DNA of 64,000 bases from Spirochaetia bacterium (lineage in GTDB: Bacteria; Spirochaetota; Spirochaetia; CAKZLE01), in assembly GCA_963677595.1 (NCBI GenBank), contig OY782041.1, positions 2,560,001 to 2,624,000 on the forward strand. The letters are read 5' to 3'. Below are positions 29,641 through 39,081 of this stretch, piece after piece. Below the pieces are notes generated by a model. That model ran no database searches and was not told the DNA's origin. It worked only from the letters and a program-made list of their open reading frames with translations. Made by a program: the position numbers and the translations under genes. How positions within the stretch are numbered: position 1 is the first letter of the stretch; each line of letters starts with the position of its first letter.

Positions 29641-31173
29641 ATGAGTACACAACACGATACCGCGCTCCTGCGCATGGAGGGGGTCACCAAACGGTTCCCC
29701 GGGGTCATCGCCAATGACGGGGTGGACCTGGAACTCCATGCAGGCGAGGTCCTCGCCCTCCTCGGGGAGAACGGGGCGGGCAAGAGCACCCTGATGAACG
29801 TGCTCGCAGGGCTCTATCGCCCTGATGAGGGAACGATCTCCCTGCGGGGAGAGCGGGTGGCCATCCACTCGCCGCAGGACTCCATGCACCTGGGGATCGG
29901 CATGATCCACCAGGAGTTCATGCTGGTGCAGACCATGACCGTCGCCGAGAACATCATCCTTGGGCTGCAGGACCTGCAGTTCATCCCTCCCATGCCTGAG
30001 GTGAGGAAGCGGATCACCGAGCTCTCGGACCGCTACGGCCTCAAGGTCGACCCTGATGCATACATCTATGAACTGAGTGTCGGGGAGCAACAGCGGGTAG
30101 AGATCCTCAAGCTCGTCTACCGGGGGGCAGAGATCCTCATCCTCGATGAGCCTACGGCTGTCCTGACTCCCCAGGAGTCACGTGAGCTGAACGGGATCAT
30201 CTCGACCATGCTCTCGGAGGGGAAGTCAGCGATCTTCATCACCCACAAGATGGATGAAGTGCTCTCCTTCTCCCACCGGGTCCAGGTCCTTCGGCAGGGA
30301 AAGACCGTCGCCGCCTGCCAGACCAAGGGCACGACACCGAAGGAGCTGGCGACTATGATGGTGGGTAGGGAAGTCCTCTTCCATCTCGAGAAGGGACCCT
30401 TCGACCCGGGACAGTCGAGGCTCCAGCTCGACCATGTCTCGAGTGTCGATCCGACCGGACGCCGCCTGCTCGATGATATCACCCTCTCCATACGGGAGGG
30501 CGAGATCCTCGGGATCGCCGGTGTGGCCGGGAACGGCCAGCAGGAGCTTGCCGAGGTGATCACGGGCTTGAGGAAGGCCTCGGAAGGGACCGTCAGAATA
30601 GATTCAGCAGACCTTACCAACCGGCAGCCGATCGAGCTGATCCGGGCCGGTATGAGCCACATACCCGCGGACCGTGGGGCGATGGGCATCGTCGGGGACA
30701 TGAGCGTCGCCGACAACCTCGTCATGAAGCGGTACCGGAAAGAACCGATCGCGAGCAGGCATGGAGTCATGCATGCGAACCGTATCGTCGATTTCGCGAA
30801 GAGGATGATCTCCTCGTTCAGGATCGCTACCCCGAGACCGGAGACGCATGTGAAGTTCCTCTCAGGCGGTAACATCCAGAAGACGATCCTTGCCCGGGAG
30901 ATCGACTCCTGCGGGGGAGTACTCATTGCCGTCTACCCCTCCCGGGGCCTTGATGTCGGTGCCACTGAGGCCGTGAGGATGAACATCATCGCGCAGCGGG
31001 ACAACCGCGGCGCGGTGCTGCTTGTTTCCGAGGAGCTTGATGAGCTGATGTCTGTTGCTGACAGGATTGGCGTCATGTTCGAGGGACGGCTGATGGGTAT
31101 CGTCGAGGCTGGAAAGACCAACAGGGAAGAGCTCGGGCTGATGATGGCCGGGATGCGCGGAGGTGATGCATGA
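29641..31173 (+). CDS. CUT2-type ABC ATPase
   Basis: GENGAGKST, LSVGEQQRVEI, LSGGNIQK. Confidence 0.92.
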   Translation: MSTQHDTALLRMEGVTKRFPGVIANDGVDLELHAGEVLALLGENGAGKSTLMNVLAGLYRPDEGTISLRGERVAIHSPQDSMHLGIGMIHQEFMLVQTMTVAENIILGLQDLQFIPPMPEVRKRITELSDRYGLKVDPDAYIYELSVGEQQRVEILKLVYRGAEILILDEPTAVLTPQESRELNGIISTMLSEGKSAIFITHKMDEVLSFSHRVQVLRQGKTVAACQTKGTTPKELATMMVGREVLFHLEKGPFDPGQSRLQLDHVSSVDPTGRRLLDDITLSIREGEILGIAGVAGNGQQELAEVITGLRKASEGTVRIDSADLTNRQPIELIRAGMSHIPADRGAMGIVGDMSVADNLVMKRYRKEPIASRHGVMHANRIVDFAKRMISSFRIATPRPETHVKFLSGGNIQKTILAREIDSCGGVLIAVYPSRGLDVGATEAVRMNIIAQRDNRGAVLLVSEELDELMSVADRIGVMFEGRLMGIVEAGKTNREELGLMMAGMRGGDA

Positions 31174-32234
31174 GGATCGTACTGGAAAAACGTGAGACCC
31201 GTTCAAGGAAGGTGACCGCACTCGTGCCGATCGTCTCCTTCATCGTCTCCCTGCTGCTCGGGGCGATCGTCCTCGCCCTCTCAGGTGCCAACCCGTTCTC
31301 CACCTACGGCTATATGTTCCGCGGTGCCTTCGGTTCCTGGATCGATTTCACGGAGACCCTGGTGAAGGCGATCCCGCTGATCCTGACAGGGCTCGGCGTG
31401 GCACTCGCCTTCAAGCTCAGGTTCTGGAATATCGGGGCTGAGGGTCAGTTCATCTGGGGAGCCATCGGGACGGCTTGGGTCATGATCTTCTGGAAGTTCG
31501 TTCCCCTTCCGCTGCTGCTCCCGACGGGGCTGCTCATGGGAATGATCGCGGGTGCCGTGTGGGCCGGGGTTCCGGCCATCCTGAAAGCCCGCTGGGGCGT
31601 CGATGAGACGCTCACGACCCTGATGCTCAACTACGTGGCCATCAGGTTCGCCGAGTATCTCTACTACGGCCCCTGGAGGGACCCGAAGGGGTTCGGGTTC
31701 CCGGGAACCGAACCGTTCCCCGCTGAGGCATGGCTGCCGAGGTTCTCAGGCCGGGCACATGCCGGGCTCTTCATAGCCCTGGCCATCGCGCTGGTCCTCT
31801 GGTTCGTTCTCTCGAAGACCCGCTGGGGGTTCGAGATACAGATGATAGGCCAGAACCCGAAGGCGGCACGCTGTCTTGGTGTCAGGATCGAGCGAAACAT
31901 CATCCTGACCCTGCTCATCTCAGGGGCCCTGGCAGGCCTTGCCGGTGCGACCGAGGTGGCGGGGATCTCCCACCGCCTGCAGAAGGGCATCGACATGGGC
32001 TACGGGTACACGGCGATCATCATCGCCTGGATGGCCCAGCTCAACCCGATAGCCTGTATCCTCGTAGCCGTCCTTATGGCAGGGCTCCTCGTCGGCGGGG
32101 ACCAGCTCCAGATGATGGTTGGACTCCCCTCGGCCATGGGGCTCGTCATCCAGGGACTCCTGCTCTTCCCGCTGCTGGCAGGCAGCGTCTTCTCGGAGTA
32201 CCGATTGAGAATCCTGCCGAAGGAGGAGGCTTGA
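31170..32234 (+). CDS. Nucleoside-type ABC permease
   Basis: WNIGAEGQ, GYGYTAIIIAW. Confidence 0.9.
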   Translation: MRIVLEKRETRSRKVTALVPIVSFIVSLLLGAIVLALSGANPFSTYGYMFRGAFGSWIDFTETLVKAIPLILTGLGVALAFKLRFWNIGAEGQFIWGAIGTAWVMIFWKFVPLPLLLPTGLLMGMIAGAVWAGVPAILKARWGVDETLTTLMLNYVAIRFAEYLYYGPWRDPKGFGFPGTEPFPAEAWLPRFSGRAHAGLFIALAIALVLWFVLSKTRWGFEIQMIGQNPKAARCLGVRIERNIILTLLISGALAGLAGATEVAGISHRLQKGIDMGYGYTAIIIAWMAQLNPIACILVAVLMAGLLVGGDQLQMMVGLPSAMGLVIQGLLLFPLLAGSVFSEYRLRILPKEEA

Positions 32235-32235
32235 T

Positions 32236-33189
32236 ATGCAGCTGATCACCACACTACTCGCAGTGACCTTGAGCGCTGGTACCTCACTGCTCTATGCCAC
32301 CATCGGCGAGGTCTATACCGAACGTGCCGGGATCCTCAACCTCGGGGTCGAGGGCATGATGATGATGGGGGCCCTCTCGGCCTTTGCCGTCTCCTTTCAT
32401 ACCGGAAGCCTCCTGCTCGCGATGCTCATCGCGATGCTCGTCGGCGGTACGCTGGCACTGCTCCATGCCTTCCTCTCGATATCGATGCGGGCGAACCAGG
32501 TCGTGAGCGGCCTGAGCATCACGCTCTTCGGTACCGGGCTGGCCAGTTATCTCGGGCAGCGGTTGGGACCTGAATCGAACGGATTCAACCTCGCAGGGAT
32601 GACAGCAGCGTCATTCAAGGATATACACCTGCCGGTACTCGGGGAGATCCCGATACTCGCGGCCTTCTTCAACCAGGATATCCTGACCTACCTGCTCTAC
32701 CTGATCGTTCCGTTCGCCTGGTTCTTCCTCTACCGGACCCGCGAGGGCCTGTCCCTGCGATCGATAGGGGAGAATCCCCGGACCTCCTCGGCCATGGGGC
32801 TCAACGTGGCAGGGCTGCGGTATGTCTATACCGTGATCGGGGGGATGCTCGTCGGCCTCGGTGGGGCCCACCTCACCCTGGCCTATACCCCGGGGTGGAC
32901 GGAGAACATCACGGGAGGTCGTGGATGGATCGTCATCGCGCTGGTCATCTTCGCAGGCTGGAACCCCGCACGGGCAGTTTTCGGGGCAGTCCTCTTCGGC
33001 GGGATCAACGCCATCCAGTTCCGCCTCCAGGCAGCTGGGACCGTGATCCCTGCCTCCTTCCTGAACATGGCGCCGTACATCATGACGATCATCGTCCTGG
33101 TGATCATGACAGTCGCGGGAAAGAAACGCAAAGGGAAGTTCTCCTCCCCGTCAGCACTGGGGACAGCGTTCTCCATCGAGGATAAGTAG
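32236..33189 (+). CDS. Nucleoside-type ABC permease
   Basis: ERAGILNLGVEG, GRGWIVIAL. Confidence 0.9.
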   Translation: MQLITTLLAVTLSAGTSLLYATIGEVYTERAGILNLGVEGMMMMGALSAFAVSFHTGSLLLAMLIAMLVGGTLALLHAFLSISMRANQVVSGLSITLFGTGLASYLGQRLGPESNGFNLAGMTAASFKDIHLPVLGEIPILAAFFNQDILTYLLYLIVPFAWFFLYRTREGLSLRSIGENPRTSSAMGLNVAGLRYVYTVIGGMLVGLGGAHLTLAYTPGWTENITGGRGWIVIALVIFAGWNPARAVFGAVLFGGINAIQFRLQAAGTVIPASFLNMAPYIMTIIVLVIMTVAGKKRKGKFSSPSALGTAFSIEDK

Positions 33190-33196
33190 ATCCCCG

Positions 33197-33230
33197 GGTT
33201 CAGCATGGGGTGCCCTCCTCATGCTGAACC
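33197..33230 (+). terminator. Hairpin after ABC operon
   Basis: GGTTCAGCATG...CATGCTGAACC, 11-bp inverted repeat. Confidence 0.55.
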
Positions 33231-33306
33231 AGAATCGCTCATTGACTCAATGTAATGTTTAAAAAAATTGACAAAAAGACTTTTAACGTTTAACATAATA
33301 GACATT

Positions 33307-33621
33307 ATGAAGAAGAAGATTACCCTGCTACCGAAAACAGAACGAATCCTCCAGCAACTGGGTGAGAATATCAGGCTTGCCAGATTGAGGAGGAAGATCT
33401 CTGTTGAGCTGCTGTCTGAACGTGCAGGTATCAGTAGGGCCACTCTCTGGTCGATCGAGAAGGGAAGTCCTTCAGTCAGCATGGGGGCTTATATCCAGGT
33501 CCTGGCAGTTTTGGGTCTCTCCTCAGATATGCTGAAAGTCGCTGAGGATGATGAGCTGGGAAGGAGACTGCAGGATGCAGGACTGAAGACCAGGATCAGG
33601 GCTCCAAAGAGAGGATCCTGA
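33307..33621 (+). CDS. XRE-family HTH antitoxin (HipB-like)
   Basis: LGENIRLARLRR..AGISRATL..IEKGSPSVSMGAY; immediately upstream of a hipA remnant. Confidence 0.85.
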   Translation: MKKKITLLPKTERILQQLGENIRLARLRRKISVELLSERAGISRATLWSIEKGSPSVSMGAYIQVLAVLGLSSDMLKVAEDDELGRRLQDAGLKTRIRAPKRGS

Positions 33622-33661
33622 TCATGGCTGAGAAAGTAGTATGACTGTAGTTGAGAAGTCA

Positions 33662-33840
33662 TAGATGCTATCCTATTCTTGACGGAGAATGGGAACCGGT
33701 GATCGTGTAATGATCTATTGTGATGGATGCTGGACTTTCAGACATACCTCAATGAGAAAGATACACTGACCGGTCATCGAAGACTACTTGGAGACTTCCC
33801 GGGGAATTCTCCCCGGGAATGATCTCAATAATAAAAATGA
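33662..33840 (+). ncRNA. Putative bridge/seek RNA of IS110 element 1
   Basis: Hairpins covary with the element 2 NCR; segments match its own target (TGAGAAAGA, GATCTATT) and donor (ACTACTT, AATAAA); ends approximate. Confidence 0.75.
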
Positions 33841-33909
33841 AGGGCATCTACGCACTTCCTGTCATAAAGCTTCCCAACTATCCGTTAATTTTATTTTGAG
33901 GAGGCTGCC

Positions 33910-35079
33910 ATGATAGACAGACCTTTACGATTGACGGCAACCAGGATCATCGGCTTGGATCTTTCCAAGAAGACTCTGGTTGGGTGTATGCTACTAGCAG
34001 AAGAAGGGTTCATGAAGAATCACTTCTTCAACGAGAAGATGAATGCTCAAGGACGTCAGCGACTCGCTGAACGGTTCAAAGCAGGAGATGCGATCTTCAT
34101 GGAGGGAGGGACCTCTTCCTTCAACCTCGCACGGTATCTGCTGAAGCACACCGAAGCAGACGTGTATGTACTCAACCCCATGAAACTGCATATCATCTTC
34201 GAGTCGATCTGCAAGTCAGATCGGCAAGATGCTGCAAAATTGGCTAAGTATGCACGGGATGCCCACCCGGAGAACTGGGTACTGGTTCCTATCCCGACTG
34301 AACAGGAATCTGCTGAGCGCTCAGTAGTCAAGCTTCACATCGCCTATTCACAGTATCGTACGAAGGTCATCAACAAGCTTCATGCGGTATTCACGGGAAT
34401 GGGGTTCCCTGACCTGAAGAAATCGGATCTGAAGGATCCTCGCAAGCGACGGGACTGGGTGGAGACCCTGCTCACCGAGGAGATAGCTCTATTCAGTGCA
34501 GGGCTCCTGCTCGAAGAGCTTGAATCATTGGAGTCGCAGATGGAACGTATTCATGAGAAGCTCAAGGAGATCATTCTCGCTCACCCACGAGAAGCTCTTT
34601 CCTGGCTCTCGATTCCTGGTATCGGAGACATCACGGCTGTAACGCTCATTGCCTTCCTCGGTAATGGGGACCGATTCTCTTCTGCTAACCAACTGAGGAA
34701 CTATATCGGTCTCATCCCGAAGAAGGATCAATCCGGGACGGTCGATAAGCATCTTGGGGTCTCTCGTCACGGGTGTATGCCGATCAGGAGGCACATCATG
34801 CAGGGAGCTTGGGGGATCAAGAGCTTTAGGAGAGATTGTTCTCTTACTCGGTACTGGCAGCGTCTTGAAAGCCGACGGAAGCTTGGTCAGAAAGCATCAG
34901 TTGCCATTGCTAATAAGATGCTCTCTATCGGATTCGCTCTGCTGAAGAACGGTGATATCTACCGGATGCCTGACGGGGAACAGTATCTGTTGAAGAAACT
35001 GCAATACTATAAACTTGAAGCTCTCATCGGAACCCGATCCTGCAAGATTAATTCCGATAAGAGCTCAATAACCAGCTAA
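33910..35079 (+). CDS. IS110-family DEDD recombinase
   Basis: GLDLSK, FMEGG, KSDRQDA (DEDD); SIPGIG; GLIPKKDQSG catalytic Ser motif. Confidence 0.95.
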   Translation: MIDRPLRLTATRIIGLDLSKKTLVGCMLLAEEGFMKNHFFNEKMNAQGRQRLAERFKAGDAIFMEGGTSSFNLARYLLKHTEADVYVLNPMKLHIIFESICKSDRQDAAKLAKYARDAHPENWVLVPIPTEQESAERSVVKLHIAYSQYRTKVINKLHAVFTGMGFPDLKKSDLKDPRKRRDWVETLLTEEIALFSAGLLLEELESLESQMERIHEKLKEIILAHPREALSWLSIPGIGDITAVTLIAFLGNGDRFSSANQLRNYIGLIPKKDQSGTVDKHLGVSRHGCMPIRRHIMQGAWGIKSFRRDCSLTRYWQRLESRRKLGQKASVAIANKMLSIGFALLKNGDIYRMPDGEQYLLKKLQYYKLEALIGTRSCKINSDKSSITS

Positions 35080-35589
35080 AGCCAATCTAACGGTTTTAGC
35101 CTATCACTAACCACCTCCCCACGCAAGTCCTTATTTTTAAGGTCTCGGAGAATTGTGTCTATTTGAATTGCCAAAACTTTCTTGTTTATACCTCTTGACA
35201 TCTACAGACAAATAAAGAGATCTATGTCTATGCAGATTGGGAAGGGATTTCAGGTCCTGAACTCATAGGGACTCTTACCGTCGACAGGACCAGGGGGAAG
35301 GACTTCTACGGTTTCTCATATGCCGATACCTGGCTGAAAAGCGAACATCAGGCGATCCTGTCTCGTTCTGGAAAAGCACAGAATCCCCGAAATGGAACAA
35401 TCCCTGTATGCATCAGCTTTCAAGGTTGAATTGACCTCATAGCTCTGTTTCTGGGATTAGGGATGATATAAAAAAACGGGATGGTGCACATCGTGTCGTT
35501 CAGGTAGTTGTTGATCCCCACGATCTTCTCAACACGCGGGGTAAGATATCCCTGTTCAAGGGCAGTCCCTGCCTCCGTGAAGAGGGGGG

Positions 35590-35945
35590 GGAGCGGCAGG
35601 TGAAGCTCGAGGTCGGGTATGGACTGGAAGGGTACCTGACAGACGGATACGTCAGCGCCGATCCTTGATACTTCTGTCATCCCGGCCTTCAAGCAGAGGA
35701 GTGACTGGGGAGACGGTATGGTAGACGGAACCATTGCTATCGGTGCCACACTGGCTGATAAGAGGGATTTGTCATTCGATATCAGTAACAGTTCTTCCTA
35801 TTCGATCACGAACGAGGAGGGGAGTATCGTTGATATCATCGGAACGATCTGCACCCTCATCTTCGTGTTTTTCATGATATTCGGCAGGAGACGGCGTCTC
35901 CCGAGGATTCTAGCAATTTCAGGAGTATGGATTAATGAAAAATAA
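35590..35945 (+). pseudogene. TPM (DUF477)-domain protein remnant
   Basis: Frame-broken ERQVKLEVGYGLEGYLTDG / ILDTSVIPAFKQ / DWGDGMVDGTIAI. Confidence 0.65.
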
Positions 35946-35976
35946 TACACTGGAGTATCATTATTCTGGGTTTTCC

Positions 35977-37335
35977 CTATTCGATCAATGGCAGTAGATA
36001 TCCCTTCAGGGCCTCCATCGAGTAGTACTTCGCTCCTATGGAATAGTTCCTTTCTACCGCTTTCATTCGGGAATTCCTGTCCGTGAGATAGGTGATCGCC
36101 TCATCTGCAGCCTTTCCGATGACAGCCTGTTCGACTGAGATCAGGCCTGTGGACTCATCCTTGGTATGCTCATGGCCCAATGAGATGTAATCGAAATCTC
36201 TCTGTTTGATATCAGAGAGGAATATCGGGTATTCATAGACTGCCATCGGTACCTTTGCGAAGAGCCCTTCGAGGAACTGATTTCCCCATCCTTCCCAGTA
36301 GGAAGGGTAGGTGATCAGGTCCGCATGGACGTAGGAGTCCCAGAGACTATAGACCTTCTTTCCTTCAATCTCTGCTCTCTCATGACCGATATGGTCACTG
36401 ATGAAAAGAAGCCTGACACCGTTCTGCTGTGCATGGCTCTCTAAGCGTCTCACATAGGTGCCGGTCGCATCATCACTGGAGTATCCTGTAAGTACCAGGA
36501 CGATCTCACTGGATTCAGTGAATATGTTACCGTTCCATAGAGTCTTTCCCAGTAATGCATCCCGTCTGTCATGGATTCCCCTGATCAGGTCTATTGCGAG
36601 CTCTATGCCCTTTCTTTCAACGATCCTCGTTGCCTGGAGGATGAGGATATCGTCATCTTTGAGTCCGATGGTCTTCCTGAAGTCACGGTTGTAATCATCT
36701 GCGACCCATGGGTCCATCCTGAAATCGAAGACATTGGGAATGATCGTTGCCTCAAGTCCCCGCCTGGTGAGCATCTGCCTCTGCCCATAGCTGTTGATCA
36801 CGACATGCCTGTACGCTTCATTCAAAGGAGGGAGATAGTTCTCCATCAGGTCTTTCGCGGTCTCAGAGGTGATCTTCGCACCGCCGAGCCGCTCCCAGTA
36901 GAAATCATGGTGCTGGGCGAGGACCGGGAGCTGGTACTTCTCCACGATCCGTTGAAGGGCTATCGCTACAGCAGGATTCATGGCTACCGACCAGACATTC
37001 TGCGGGATGACGAAATCGATCCGGTTCTCCTGGATGAACTCATCCAGGACTGTCTGGGCTTTACGTACCTCTGCATAGAGTGTCTCCCGGTATTCCTCCT
37101 CGCTCTCAAAACCGACCGGTTCTGCGAATGAGTAATGGTAGAGCCGCTTCGCGATATCACTGGTGTGGTGGAGGGCAGGGTGGATGAGCTTCGCATCATC
37201 ACCGACCTCCGCACCGAGGAGGATGACCTCATGACCTGCCTCCTCCAAGACTTTCTTCCATTTGTTCATCTCCAGGGAGACGCCGTCTGTTCCCATGATC
37301 TTGTAATGGATCATCCCGATCCGGTAGTGTTTCAT
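35977..37335 (-). CDS. GT4-family glycosyltransferase (MggA-like)
   Basis: DGVSLE, HHDFYWER, TRIVERKGIE, YPSYWEGWGNQFLE. Confidence 0.8.
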   Translation of the reverse strand: MKHYRIGMIHYKIMGTDGVSLEMNKWKKVLEEAGHEVILLGAEVGDDAKLIHPALHHTSDIAKRLYHYSFAEPVGFESEEEYRETLYAEVRKAQTVLDEFIQENRIDFVIPQNVWSVAMNPAVAIALQRIVEKYQLPVLAQHHDFYWERLGGAKITSETAKDLMENYLPPLNEAYRHVVINSYGQRQMLTRRGLEATIIPNVFDFRMDPWVADDYNRDFRKTIGLKDDDILILQATRIVERKGIELAIDLIRGIHDRRDALLGKTLWNGNIFTESSEIVLVLTGYSSDDATGTYVRRLESHAQQNGVRLLFISDHIGHERAEIEGKKVYSLWDSYVHADLITYPSYWEGWGNQFLEGLFAKVPMAVYEYPIFLSDIKQRDFDYISLGHEHTKDESTGLISVEQAVIGKAADEAITYLTDRNSRMKAVERNYSIGAKYYSMEALKGYLLPLIE

Positions 37336-37336
37336 C

Positions 37337-39064
37337 TTACGCTCTCACACCCTCGATCCACAGGACCTCATAGGGTTCTATTGAATCCCTCAATGCACTT
37401 CTGGTCAGTGGTTTTATCACGGCCCCGGGGAGGATCTCAGCGAAGAGCGCCTGGATATCAGGGGAAGGGCAGTTCTTATCGGCAACATTGGTGATACACA
37501 GTACTGCCTTGACTCTGTCCTTGCAGACCCTGGCATTGATGAAGAGTGAGGATTCCTCACTCCCAATGATCTGCTGGTCAGCATGCGGGGAGAAAGAACA
37601 GTGGTGATTCCTGATTCTCAGCAGTTCACTGAAACTCTTGAGGACCTGATGCTGCTGACTGGTCGGATCATCGAGTATTTCCTCGATCGCATCCAGAGAG
37701 AGTTTCTCCCGGTTGATGCTTCTCGGCATACCGGTCAGTTTCGGTCCTTCGGTCCAGTTCCCGGATCCGATGATGCTGTGGAAGTAGATACCCGGGACTC
37801 CCCGCAGGGAGAGCATGATTGATTGGGAGGCGATGAACCTCCTTACTTCATGATCAGTACTTCCTGCGATCGAGAGGGCATCGAAATAGTTCATGTTCAT
37901 CTCATACGGGCTCTTCGAACCGTCCGAGTTGTTCTTGTAGGAGACATAGCCACCCTGTTCGATGATCCTCTCTGCCATCTGTGTGACATCCTCTTCCGGG
38001 AGGATGCCCCGTGCCGGCATGAGACCGACCCCATCATGGGAGGCGAGGAAATTAAAATAGGTGGTATCTTCTGACGGAAATTCCAGATCCTTAGCCCAGC
38101 CTGACAGATAGGAGGCATCCCCGACCATGAACGCATGGAGGGTGAGCGGCGGGAGCGGGAAGTTATAGACGAGGGCAGCCTCATCATGACCGTTCCCGAA
38201 ATAGGAGATGTTCTCCTTATGGGGGACGTTGGTCTCGGTGATGATGCGTACATCCGTACCGGAAGCGTCGATGAGTCTCCTCATGAGCTTGATGATGCGA
38301 TGAGTCTTTGGATGATGAATACAGCTCGTGCCGATCTCTTTCCAGATATAGGCGATCGCATCGAGCCTGATGAGATCAGCTCCATGCCTGATATAGTCGA
38401 GGAGGATATCGATGACTTCCAGCAGGACCGCAGGATTACTGTAGTTCAGGTCTATCTGATCATCACTGAAGGTCGTCCATACGTGCCGCTTCCCATTCGC
38501 TGTATCCACTTCGGTCAGCAGGGGCAGAGCCCTGGGGCGGAACACCCCGGATAAGTCGCTTGTCTCATCAGCTTCGATGAAGAACTCATCGAAGGGTCTC
38601 CTGCCCTGTTTGTACTCATCGAACCAGGTGCTCATGCTCGAGACATGGTTCGCTACCAGGTCGAACATCAGGCGGTGCTTACTCCCAAGCCTGCTGATAT
38701 CATCCCAGCTGCCGAGTCTCTCATCCACCTGACGGTAGTCGATGACGGAGAAACCGTCATCAGAAGAGTAGGGGTAGAAGGGCAGGATATGAACGGAGTT
38801 CACCACGTCCTTGATATGGGTATGGAGGAACTCATACAGTCCCTGGAGGGGGGGGCTCCCGTCATCCGGCCTGATGATATCCCCATAGGTGATGAGGATG
38901 GAATCCTTCTCACATAACTGATGTGGGGTAATCTGCCGTTGTGCAGCAGCCTGCCGCAGATCTTCAAGCCGCTGCAGGACTGCAGGAAGGGTTTGACCCG
39001 CAATGTTGCTCCCATAGATGAACTCAAGGTCTTCAAAGACAGCTTCTGAAATCGTATTACCCAT
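37337..39064 (-). CDS. GH13_18 phosphorylase, probable glucosylglycerate phosphorylase (YcjM-like)
   Basis: SSDDGF, RLDA, ITETNVP, ASHDG, PYEMN (ETN/YE signature). Confidence 0.85.
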   Translation of the reverse strand: MGNTISEAVFEDLEFIYGSNIAGQTLPAVLQRLEDLRQAAAQRQITPHQLCEKDSILITYGDIIRPDDGSPPLQGLYEFLHTHIKDVVNSVHILPFYPYSSDDGFSVIDYRQVDERLGSWDDISRLGSKHRLMFDLVANHVSSMSTWFDEYKQGRRPFDEFFIEADETSDLSGVFRPRALPLLTEVDTANGKRHVWTTFSDDQIDLNYSNPAVLLEVIDILLDYIRHGADLIRLDAIAYIWKEIGTSCIHHPKTHRIIKLMRRLIDASGTDVRIITETNVPHKENISYFGNGHDEAALVYNFPLPPLTLHAFMVGDASYLSGWAKDLEFPSEDTTYFNFLASHDGVGLMPARGILPEEDVTQMAERIIEQGGYVSYKNNSDGSKSPYEMNMNYFDALSIAGSTDHEVRRFIASQSIMLSLRGVPGIYFHSIIGSGNWTEGPKLTGMPRSINREKLSLDAIEEILDDPTSQQHQVLKSFSELLRIRNHHCSFSPHADQQIIGSEESSLFINARVCKDRVKAVLCITNVADKNCPSPDIQALFAEILPGAVIKPLTRSALRDSIEPYEVLWIEGVRA

Positions 39065-39081
39065 GGTGATTCCTTATCGTA

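Larger units (their letters stand above)
33636..35214 (+). mobile_element. IS110-superfamily element 1 (sub-terminal IRs, inferred AA core)
   Basis: IR TGACTGTAG (33642) / CTACAGACA (35202); AA at 33634-35 and 35215-16 (within a shared AAAG); precise excision restores the hipA frame. Confidence 0.9.
33624..35442 (+). pseudogene. HipA-like toxin gene interrupted by IS110 and internally deleted
   Basis: Removing the IS restores ATG GCT GAG AAA GAG ATC TAT GTC = MAEKEIYVYADW..LIGTL..RGKDFYGFSYADTWL, followed out of frame by a HipA-like C-terminus IPEMEQSLYASAF. Confidence 0.75.

Noticed and set aside
35080-35214. Right non-coding end as the guide RNA location (typical IS1111 arrangement)
   Set aside because: It is only ~135 nt, shows no target matches that I could find, and is interrupted by IS1595 in element 2; the matches lie in the left NCR.
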